The translations under genes and the position numbers were made by a program. 64,000 bases of DNA from a virus: the IMG/VR virus record IMGVR_UViG_3300050821_001343, positions 35,182-99,181 of that record; one strand, given 5' to 3'. Positions 49,257-57,858 of the stretch are shown piece by piece. Numbering within the stretch: position 1 is the first letter of the stretch; the number at the start of each line of letters is the position of its first letter. The notes below the pieces were generated by a model. That model was not told where the DNA came from, ran no database searches, and worked only from the letters and a program-made list of their open reading frames with translations.

Positions 49257-49814
49257 TTAGCTCCATTCCTGCTGAATTGTTAACCAGCATATTGCCTGCA
49301 AATCTCTTGGTACAAGTCCGACTACACTCGCGGCTCTTTGATACATCTCTTCAATCCTTTTGTACAATGACCCTGCCACAACATCAGGGGCCTTGTCAAT
49401 AGCGACCCTAGCAGCCCATATATCTACCGTAACCAGTTCGGTGTTGCCCAAGATATTAGCATAGAATCTTGGAACTTTCAACCATCGGTTTGGTCTGGTG
49501 GGAGTAAGTACCATAACCGGATCGGCTCCGTTCGCAATGTCCCATGCCTTCTGAATGTTTCGGTAGGTCCCTGCCACGGTCGGCACGATGGTACTGGAAT
49601 GCTGTGCGGCTTTAAGTATCTTTGCGGCTCCTGCTTTGTTTGTTTCCCAGTGTTGCCTTGGTGATAATGCAGCGATCACTCCCACGGCTCTTTCTGTGTT
49701 TCTGTCAAGACCTTTAGCATAAGCCAAGGCATCAGGATACCACTGTGTCCCGGCTGCGACTAATTCCGGGGTAGCCTTTTTGAACGTGTTTAGTATCCTG
49801 TGTAGACTTGACAT
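49257..49814 (-). CDS. Conserved phage protein (DUF7178-like)
   Basis: G..WY..A, AALSP...W..N, K...FY.NI, VTVD.W, QA..W. Confidence 0.6.
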   Translation of the reverse strand: MSSLHRILNTFKKATPELVAAGTQWYPDALAYAKGLDRNTERAVGVIAALSPRQHWETNKAGAAKILKAAQHSSTIVPTVAGTYRNIQKAWDIANGADPVMVLTPTRPNRWLKVPRFYANILGNTELVTVDIWAARVAIDKAPDVVAGSLYKRIEEMYQRAASVVGLVPRDLQAICWLTIQQEWS

Positions 49815-50816
49815 AACGGCTCCTAAAAGAACGGACTCGGTGAAACCTCTTCGTAACGGATTTTTGTGCAGCCCCGGATCAGCAAGTCCGAGAACTCATC
49901 GGTATACTGCTCGTTCAAATCGTCAACCTGCTTCGCTTGGTCGGTGTCGTCACATGTGCGAACGTAGAACTCCGCTCGGCATTCCTCACCCTGCTCATCC
50001 ACATAGAAGAACGTCCCTGCGTGGATTTCACACACTGCTACAGGCTCAGAGTACAGCAAGTGGTCAATGGTTTTCACATTTCCTCCAGTGTTGCTTTGAT
50101 CTGAGCGACGGTCGGGAGAACCTCCCCACTAGTGCGCGAACCTTTGGGATAGTATGCGAACCCATGGGGAGTCCTTTTGATTGTGCCTACATGTGTGTCT
50201 TTAAGGTAGACGTGTATAGGAACGTTGAGTGCCAGTGGTGCCTTGTAATTAACGTCCGCTCTCATGATTCCTCCACAGGCACTTCGAACAACAAGTGCTC
50301 GACTACGGTACCAAAGGCCAGTTCGCCGCCCTTACCGGCAAACCAGATATGCCAGTAGTGCTCCAATGTGTACCCGGCTGCGCCGAATAGGGCCAAGATA
50401 AAAACCTTGCGGGTGAGATACTTCTTCCAGTGAATCCGCCTCAAGTCCGCAAACTTGATCGTGTGAATGTTCTTCTTAATGTGTCCCATGTCCTTTTCTC
50501 CTCCTTTCTTTTAGTATCCCCGGAACGCTCCCTCTTCTTCAATGAAAGGCGCACTAGTGTTGACTAACTCTCTCGGAGCGATTCTGATAATCTCCTCGAT
50601 TGTTAGATAGCCTTCGACCGCCAACAGGTAGTACGATTGATTCTCCCAATAACGTTTGGAATTGGTGTAGGTCAGCCCACGTGCAATCTCGGCTCCGGTG
50701 ATAAGGCTTTCAGGATCATACCAGTTGCCCCGGCTGCGACGGATAGCGAAGTTGTCTTTCTCGAATTTCGATTGAAAATCAATTCCTGCGAACATTTGTC
50801 CCTCACTTTCAAATAC

Positions 50817-50845
50817 AGAGTACCAAACTTATTCCCAAGTGTCAA
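50817..50845 (-). promoter_or_regulatory. Sigma70-type promoter
   Basis: TTGACA-17bp-TACTCT. Confidence 0.7.
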
Positions 50846-51093
50846 GAGTTATTTTCAGTTTCTTTTGACTCGTTTGTGTTAGTACCACTGTTTCCAACTA
50901 TTCTAAAACGCCTGCCTGTAGGTTCCACTGCAACTATATTAGAAGTACGCCTCCATTTTGCTGGCGTTACCTTGCGCGTATGCGTCCAGTGTCCTACAAA
51001 CTCCAACGTGATCGTGTCGAGGCTGTATACGGCTCTATGCACGGGCTGTAGGCAATGACGGCAATGACGAATTAGCGGTTTGTCCTTGGGCAT
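50842..51093 (-). CDS. Zn-finger hypothetical protein with GRRFR motif
   Basis: CRHC...W.H, EPTGRRFR near the C-terminus. Confidence 0.5.
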   Translation of the reverse strand: MPKDKPLIRHCRHCLQPVHRAVYSLDTITLEFVGHWTHTRKVTPAKWRRTSNIVAVEPTGRRFRIVGNSGTNTNESKETENNS

Positions 51094-51478
51094 CTCAGTC
51101 CTACTCTGTAATCGCTTGCACGCTGAATGTATCGGCCTTGTGGCCCTGTGAGTACCACAGCGCGGTCAGTACCAACACACTTCAAGGCCACAGTCAGTAT
51201 GCGCCGTGCGAATTCGGTTTCTGGCCTGCCGTATTCTTTACGCAGATACCGGCAAGCATTCTCCAGTAGTTCTCTCGAGTCCTCGTCCATTTAGTCCGCC
51301 TTGCGCCAAGATTCATGGATAGCGTTATCCACGGTTGACTCTATCTCATCTATACGCTCTTCCAAGTCCTTCACTGTGCTGCTATCGGCCTTGTCGTCCA
51401 TGTCGGCACGCAGGGATGCAATTTCTCCCAGTAATTCTTTTCTCAGTTCGGCAAACGTTGCTTCGATTTCTTCCCGGC

Positions 51479-52243
51479 TCATTCGGTCCCCCTAAACCTT
51501 CGTCCTGTAAAGTATTCTGCGGTTGCGGTTTTAGAAGTAGCTTCTTTCTGCCTCTTCCACTCTGCGAACTCTTTGATTTCGTCTAACACTGAGATTGAAT
51601 GCTCGGTGGTTGCTGCGAGTGCTCCGTCCGTTAGACTGCCGGTGTCCGGCCATTCCCCTGTGATTGGGTTGTAGCCGTCCTCGTAGCTCTCACTTAATGA
51701 TCCCGCATTTTCGTACTTGTATTGACCTTCCGGTATCCACGTAGCAGGATGGGGTTTAGGGTATACACCCTCGACTGGTACAAACCATGCAGAAGAAAAT
51801 GTGCTCACATAACCTTTGAGCCTAATCCGTAGTAATTGATCCCCGTAGCTATTCTTCTGATCTTCGATTCCAAGGACTATTAGGTATTCATCTTTCGGAG
51901 AATAAGTCCACTTAGAAAGCGAACCATCCGTTCGTACGAAATCTCTGGGCAGTACAGCTTGTCCAACGGTGAATGTATGTCTAGTCGGTGTGACCTCGAC
52001 TGGCACAAACCATTCCTCAGAAAACTCTGCTAGAGAGCCGTTTATTTTGATTCTCAGTATATCATAACCCCTTGAGTTAGCCTCATTAAGAATTTCAAGT
52101 ACCGTAAAGGTTTCAGTCTTTGGCCCAAACTGCCACTCCATGAATATAGTACCATCCTCATCGAGCACATTAACGGGCCGCACAGTATCACCCACCTTAA
52201 ATCGGTGCTTCTCTGTCTGTCCTTTAATGCTACTATTTGGCAT
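51479..52243 (-). CDS. Hypothetical protein with two repeated small beta domains and C-terminal GRRFR
   Basis: H.F.VG..V.P...DG...W...PK.E...F.S.WFVPVE occurs twice; ends FTGRRFRGTE. Confidence 0.6.
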   Translation of the reverse strand: MPNSSIKGQTEKHRFKVGDTVRPVNVLDEDGTIFMEWQFGPKTETFTVLEILNEANSRGYDILRIKINGSLAEFSEEWFVPVEVTPTRHTFTVGQAVLPRDFVRTDGSLSKWTYSPKDEYLIVLGIEDQKNSYGDQLLRIRLKGYVSTFSSAWFVPVEGVYPKPHPATWIPEGQYKYENAGSLSESYEDGYNPITGEWPDTGSLTDGALAATTEHSISVLDEIKEFAEWKRQKEATSKTATAEYFTGRRFRGTE

Positions 52244-52402
52244 TGTCGAACTCCTTGGCAAGTTTGCGAAGTACCAAAACGATTACTACTGCTAGCAAGC
52301 CTAGCTCAATATGCTGCCATCTGTGCGTCCCAAACAAGGCCAGCACTAGCTGAATACTGGCATACAGTTTGCAGCACGCGATCCCATAGCCGTCAAGCTT
52401 GC

Positions 52403-52558
52403 TCATAAACTTTTTCTCCTTAACATACGGAGATAGAGCCAATATAGCCCTTTGGAATATCCTCGATTATACTGGCGCAATGCTTTAGCCGTATGCTGCT
52501 CGGTGCGCTGTGTATCCCCGTGCAATCCGTCAATGTACCCTCTTCTCCAAGGTGTCAT
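52403..52558 (-). CDS. Small hypothetical protein (51 aa)
   Basis: GGAG RBS, MTPWRRGYIDG...YNRGYSKG. Confidence 0.5.
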   Translation of the reverse strand: MTPWRRGYIDGLHGDTQRTEQHTAKALRQYNRGYSKGLYWLYLRMLRRKSL

Positions 52559-52573
52559 AATTTCTCTTTCTCC

Positions 52574-52699
52574 AATCGTGAGAGCTAGTAGCGGAGAACC
52601 GCTCTCTCAATATCCCTAGCGTCTTGCTCTGGGCCATTACTACACGGGCTTACCGTGGGTCATGGCATCCAATGCTGCTAGAGACTAGCTCTCACGATT
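52574..52699. repeat. Perfect 16-bp inverted repeat enclosing a 94-bp hairpin-rich segment
   Basis: AATCGTGAGAGCTAGT (52574-52589) / ACTAGCTCTCACGATT (52684-52699). Confidence 0.9.
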
Positions 52700-54561
52700 A
52701 GGGCACTCTCGTGCCCCGTTCGTTTACATCATACGCAGATACTTTCGCGTTGCGTGTGTGGCCTGCTCGTGTGGCATGTGCCGATGGAAGACCGCGTGGA
52801 CGTTGTGGAAAACGGCCTGCATACTGTCCATTCCTGCTTTGACGGCCTTGGTCAGTTGGCCTTTGAGTGCGGGAGTCATCTTCACAGGCACAGGCTCCTT
52901 GCGAGGGATGTATCCGCCTCGGGGGTTTCCAGTTGTTTGTGGAAGGTTACAGTCCGAGTGACTTCGACCAGTGTGCGCGTTGTCAGATCGGACCAGTTAA
53001 TGGCCTCTATGAAGCGGAGAGCATTTGCACGCTTCTCTGCGTCCATCTCTTCTTGGGTAAGTTTTGGAGTACCAGTAATACTGTCCATGTGGCTCCTTTC
53101 AAGCCTTCGGGGTTATTGTCCAGATACAAAAATCCAGACTGCAATTGTGACAATGAACAGGAGAATACCGATTAGAGCCCACGGTGTTTGGTAATCCAGT
53201 TCTAAACTTGGCACCTTTTCTCCTCCTGTAAAACGTTTATAAGTTTGGCTTAGGTTGAGGTCTGTGACGGGCCTCCTCAGCCTGCCAGTCTGCAATATGC
53301 TTTTGCTCGTCTGCGGCTTCTTCTGCTTGCCGCTTTACATCGGCCTCACGCTTCGCGTTGAGTGCCACAATCATTTCCAATCCGTGCATGATTAGACTGC
53401 CTCCTGCTTGGCAAGGTGCGCTTTACGCCAAGCTTTGAACGGTGGTTTTCTTGCTGGTGAGAGTTTACGCATACGTGGGGCTTTGTATTGCCGTGTACGC
53501 ATGGTCGGCTCGTTGTCGATACGATCCCACATTCCTGCAAATGTTTCTGCCAGAGTGGAGTCTGTCGGCATTGGCTCGTGATGGTCTGTCATTTGTAACC
53601 TTTCTGTAGCAAGTGCGCTACTGCAAAAGATTGGACTATAGCCCCATCGCTTGCAGTAAGGCACCTAGCCTACTGGGAGAGTCATTAACTCTCCTGTTGC
53701 ATAAGTCCTCCCGCGTATCTGATACGGTTGAACTACCCTGCCCGGTTCCGCCTACCAGTCCCTAGTTAATCAGGGAATCTGGCAATCCTTCAATCGACCC
53801 ACCTTGGCCGATGGTGTCATCGCCATCGGAATAGCCACTTTCGGCTTGAAGCTTCTGCGCCTGTTCGAGCAAACTGCCGTCTGCAATCCCACTGATGATC
53901 CGTGCGGTGATGTACAGGGTAAAAGCTGCCTCGGCAACCACACTCGTACCGATGCCGTTTTCTACAAGCTTGTCATGGAATGCGGCCAGAGTCTTGGAAA
54001 GTTGGACCGCTTCGGCTTCGAGTGCGATCAATTTCTCGGTCACATCTGCGGCGGTTTCCTGCTTCACAGGCTCGTTACTCTCCGGGTTTCCCGGCACTGC
54101 GTTTGGATTGTCCACTTTTCCTCTTTTCTTGGTTTCTTACTGCTGAAATGTTATAGATAGTACACGATTTCTTGGCGTCCTTGCCGCTCTTTCCGTGCAT
54201 TCCATTTGTTAATCAATTGGAATGCCTCTAGTACAGGCATCCCTGCGAGGGATGAAAACGGCACGCCAGCTTCTTTGTAGTGGTCTGCATCAAATGCCAC
54301 AAAGCTTTCAGACTGTACGAACGTTCCTAGAACCCGCTTTGTGAATCCTTTGAATCTCATTGTCCCTCTCTTTCAAACACAGAATAGCAAACAATCAAAA
54401 ACATGTCAAGAACTTTTTTACGGGTCCGGTAAAAAACATGAGTTAGGGGCGTTCGGAGATGCACATTTCAATTCTACTTCTATAGTCTTGTTTAACAAGT
54501 ACCATGCCAGTATTAGGCCAATAATGATTGCCGTTGCTGTTATGATCTTTGTCACAGTTGT

Positions 54562-54590
54562 ACAGTACCAAGTATCAAACCCAATGTCAA
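54562..54590 (-). promoter_or_regulatory. Sigma70-type promoter
   Basis: TTGACA-17bp-TACTGT; a second one with a 16-bp spacer lies at 54381-54408. Confidence 0.6.
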
Positions 54591-55026
54591 TAACTTTCTA
54601 GTACCACTTAGGTGTGAGTACCAAAGTACCAAACTAAAGTACCAAGTACCATAGCCTACACACTTGTAGATATGTGTAAAGGTTTTGTCAGTAAACGCCT
54701 GTGCGTGCTCGCTGGAATACTTTTTGCCGTTTCTTCGCTTTCGCTTTTTATTCCCTTTTGCCTTTTGTTCGCCTATTACTGTAAACGTTTCTCTGATAAT
54801 TCGTGTGCGGCCTGCATCCAAGTCATCCGGGGTAATTTCAGGTGATCCTGCAAACCCCTGTACAGGGAGTCTAAAAACGGCCTATACGTGACTCACATTT
54901 GACATGTAGCGCGTCCCCGTGCATCACTTGGGACCTAGATACCCCGGAATCAACCTACCCCGGAAAGAATGCGGGCGATAGCGTATTTAATACGCACGGG
55001 CTTTTTAGGATCACTAGCAGGCAGGC

Positions 55027-55057
55027 AAAAAAAAAGCCCCCGGACGAATCCGGGGGG
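55027..55057 (-). terminator. Intrinsic terminator
   Basis: CCCCCGGA-TTCG-TCCGGGGG followed by 9 U on the - strand. Confidence 0.9.
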
Positions 55058-55076
55058 TAAGGCCGTACACTTGCGT

Positions 55077-56081
55077 CTAGGAAACTGCCCTAAACTTTCG
55101 ACTAGGCATCTCTTCTACCAGATCGGCCAATTGTGACCCGAGAGATGCCATTGAAGCTTGTACCGATGACTTATAATCGGCATTCTTCTTTAATGCTTGC
55201 ATGTCCATGTCCGGGGTTATCAAGGCTTGCACATCGGCGGCAAGCTTGGCAAGGTCCTTATCCCCGGTAATGTTTCGTGCTTCGAACGTCTTGAGGAAAG
55301 CTTGTATATTCGTTACTGCCGATGTATGTAGCCGTTTGACGTTCCCATCTTCGCTCGGGGCCAATGCGTCTGCTAGATGATTCACCATCTCAGATAGGGT
55401 TTGACGCATGACTGCTGTAATTTCCTCAGTCACCACTGCCATTTTCGCCTGCATCTTCTCTTGCTCAGCTTCATACATGCCCATAGCCTTTAGGCTCTCC
55501 GGGGTTTGAAACGTCAAATACTGCCAGTCAAACCCGAAGCGATTACGGATTACATCAGGCGGAGGAAAGTCATTCGGATCAAGTAGAGTGCCTACTGGAA
55601 CTCCTAAGACTGTGGCAAGTTCGGCTAGGTTTTGCTCCGCCGTTTTCACCCGCTCGGGGTAGGCTATGGCAAACGTTTCTACCAGATCGGCACGAACTTG
55701 AGCATACTCACTCAGCAGGCCATTGACATGCTCTAACAGATCAAGAGGTAAGAGCATAACCCCCATGTCATACGGCAGGCAAAGGTCATACAACCTTGAA
55801 CGCATCTTCCCATCGGCTGATTTGATAGCCTCTAGCTCTGAGGATTCCAAGATGGTCTTTTGAATCTTCAAAAGCTTTTTCAAGCTTGCAGCCTGTGGGG
55901 GGTTCGATACCGGCTCTAGTGACTCAGAACTTTCCGGTACAGGTTCGCTTTTCGGGGTATCGTTCGAACCCCGTAAAACACTATTGGAAACCTTTTTCGA
56001 GTTTCCAAGCACTTTGAAACTCACGCGGAGAAACATACTTTTTTCAAGGATGTTTCCTGCAAGATGTGCTTTAATCGGCAT
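55077..56081 (-). CDS. DUF3150-like protein
   Basis: K.IL....L..I......R..L...LP...G..LLP...F...YP...D.P......RF.F.W helical pattern; ends EEMPSRKFRAVS. Confidence 0.6.
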   Translation of the reverse strand: MPIKAHLAGNILEKSMFLRVSFKVLGNSKKVSNSVLRGSNDTPKSEPVPESSESLEPVSNPPQAASLKKLLKIQKTILESSELEAIKSADGKMRSRLYDLCLPYDMGVMLLPLDLLEHVNGLLSEYAQVRADLVETFAIAYPERVKTAEQNLAELATVLGVPVGTLLDPNDFPPPDVIRNRFGFDWQYLTFQTPESLKAMGMYEAEQEKMQAKMAVVTEEITAVMRQTLSEMVNHLADALAPSEDGNVKRLHTSAVTNIQAFLKTFEARNITGDKDLAKLAADVQALITPDMDMQALKKNADYKSSVQASMASLGSQLADLVEEMPSRKFRAVS

Positions 56082-56161
56082 TTCATCCCCGTTTCTGGAG
56101 GCATAAGTCCCTGTGATGCTACTGCAAAAACATTACCAGATAGACGCGAACCCCGTCAAGT

Positions 56162-56494
56162 TTATAGAAAATATGCCTCAAGATATGCAATCTCCGCGTC
56201 TATGGCCTGTGACCTGTCCTTGTAAACTTCCGGTAAAATTGGCCCGTCAATAGGCGATAGATTCACTCTCCACAGGCAAGACCATGCGCGGGTAGACTCT
56301 GTAACCTTTCCGTACTCCCCAAACACGGCACGGGCCATATAAAAGGCTAGACGGGGCATCAGGCTAACAGGCTCTACATGTGAGGCCCGTTTAATTACGC
56401 TTGTCTCATCCAAGAAACAAGCGGAAAGCCCGTTAACTAAGAAACGGGCTTCGCCTGTGCTGTCATCAATCGAGATTGTTATGCGTTCAGTCAT
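56162..56494 (-). CDS. Conserved hypothetical protein (RASHVEP motif)
   Basis: KRASHVEP...W.V.LSP..GP.L...RS.A..AE..YLE. Confidence 0.6.
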   Translation of the reverse strand: MTERITISIDDSTGEARFLVNGLSACFLDETSVIKRASHVEPVSLMPRLAFYMARAVFGEYGKVTESTRAWSCLWRVNLSPIDGPILPEVYKDRSQAIDAEIAYLEAYFL

Positions 56495-56505
56495 GACTGC
56501 CCTTT

Positions 56506-57078
56506 TTACTTTGCAGATAATTGCTTTGCCATCTCTGTACATACGTCAATATATGCGCGGTATTCGGTGATTTGCTCTTTTGTATAACCGTGATCTTCCC
56601 CGATTGTTTGGTAATACTTGCGCCATTCTTTAATAGTATGCACTTCACAGCCGATAGCAATTTCACTGTGACTGCAAAGTGTTACCGCGTGGCGTGTCCC
56701 TTGAATGTAAAGAGGGGAAAAGGCCCATGCATCGCCACGAACCCGCGCATTACCGTAAACCCGCGCATTACCGTAAACCCGCGCATTGCCCCCAATTCGC
56801 GCATCGCCATAGACTTGAGCATCGCCATAGACTTGAGCATCGCCCGCTACCCACGCATTACCATAGACTCGGGCATTGGCATAGACTCGGGCATCACCAT
56901 AGACTCGGGCATCACCATAGACTCGGGCATTGTCATAGACAATGCTAGTTGCGGCCAGATAAGCCGATGGAGCAACGTGGGCAGTTTTATAAATCCAACC
57001 TTGCCCGTTTTCGTGTGCGTGCCAATCACTGTCAACTGACTGCCATACTCTGTCTAATACGTTTTGTGGCACTCTCAT
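56506..57078 (-). CDS. Hexapeptide-repeat (left-handed beta-helix) protein
   Basis: About 11 [AR]-V-Y-G-[DN] repeats (18-bp DNA units) plus an IGC..H....W C-terminal domain. Confidence 0.85.
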   Translation of the reverse strand: MRVPQNVLDRVWQSVDSDWHAHENGQGWIYKTAHVAPSAYLAATSIVYDNARVYGDARVYGDARVYANARVYGNAWVAGDAQVYGDAQVYGDARIGGNARVYGNARVYGNARVRGDAWAFSPLYIQGTRHAVTLCSHSEIAIGCEVHTIKEWRKYYQTIGEDHGYTKEQITEYRAYIDVCTEMAKQLSAK

Positions 57079-57085
57079 AAAAGCC

Positions 57086-57277
57086 TCATTGACCTTGTTT
57101 GACGTATTGGGTTTGAGTTTGATTGAACTCGGGTTTGTGAACTTCGCTTGTCACTTCGCCGATTTCGCCAAAAGCTTTGATGACTGCCGCACAGCCTTTG
57201 CCGTGAAATCCTTGCAAATCTACCGACGATTCGCCTGTGCTGTCATCAACCGTGATTCGTATCAATTCTCCGGCCAT
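57086..57277 (-). CDS. DUF2997-like protein
   Basis: I.ITV...GE..V...GF.G..C.........G.......KPEF. Confidence 0.75.
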   Translation of the reverse strand: MAGELIRITVDDSTGESSVDLQGFHGKGCAAVIKAFGEIGEVTSEVHKPEFNQTQTQYVKQGQ

Positions 57278-57319
57278 GTCTATCCATCCTTTCCGGGCAC
57301 ATAGCCCTATGACGGTGCA

Positions 57320-57763
57320 TTACGCTTTTACAAAAAGCATGTCAGTCTTGCCGTTCTTTTTAGGGCCATATCCGGCAAAGCGCAAACCTTGCTTTGCTGC
57401 TAGTTTCTGGTACTGGGTTCGCGTATATGCTGCCGTGAGTTTGCCCATGTACGCGGGGGTTAAGAAGTGAGAGTCATACTGCGAGATGAAAGCACTATAT
57501 GTGCCATCGGCCTGCAAACGAAAACCAAAGTCATTCGAGGCCCCCGAACCCATCACGCGATTAAATGGGCCTTTGCGAATCACGATATTCGCCTTATCCC
57601 CTGCCGCATCGGTGTAATGCGTGGCTTTGCCCGTGTAATCGTACAATTGAGCGGGGGATTCATGAAATTCAATGTCCTCACGGTTGAATCCCATTTCGAC
57701 TAGTGCTGAAATGAGGGTTTCCGGGTCTTTGAATTTCGTTTGGTTAGTCGAGTATTTAGACAC
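57320..57763 (-). CDS. DUF1257 (Ycf35)-like protein
   Basis: S.Y....T...D...L..AL..MG...DFGF....DGTY.....D......L...Y......A...G. Confidence 0.75.
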   Translation of the reverse strand: MSKYSTNQTKFKDPETLISALVEMGFNREDIEFHESPAQLYDYTGKATHYTDAAGDKANIVIRKGPFNRVMGSGASNDFGFRLQADGTYSAFISQYDSHFLTPAYMGKLTAAYTRTQYQKLAAKQGLRFAGYGPKKNGKTDMLFVKA

Positions 57764-57812
57764 CTGATTTGATCCTTTCCGGGGTATAAACCCCTGTTAG
57801 CTTGCACTTGAA

Positions 57813-57842
57813 AGCCTATCAGAAACGGGGCAAACTTGTCAA
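57813..57842 (-). promoter_or_regulatory. Sigma70-type promoter overlapping a hairpin
   Basis: TTGACA-18bp-TAGGCT, with the -35 box in the loop of AACGGGGCA/TGCCCCGTT. Confidence 0.5.
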
Positions 57843-57858
57843 GCCTGCCCCGTTCGGC

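Noticed and set aside
52574-52699. MITE interpretation of the 16-bp inverted repeat
   Set aside because: No target-site duplication, no second copy in the window and no transposase.
56732-56940. Regular 18-bp repeats resembling an array
   Set aside because: They are in-frame codons of the ARVYG[DN] hexapeptide repeat protein with no unique spacers, so this is not CRISPR.
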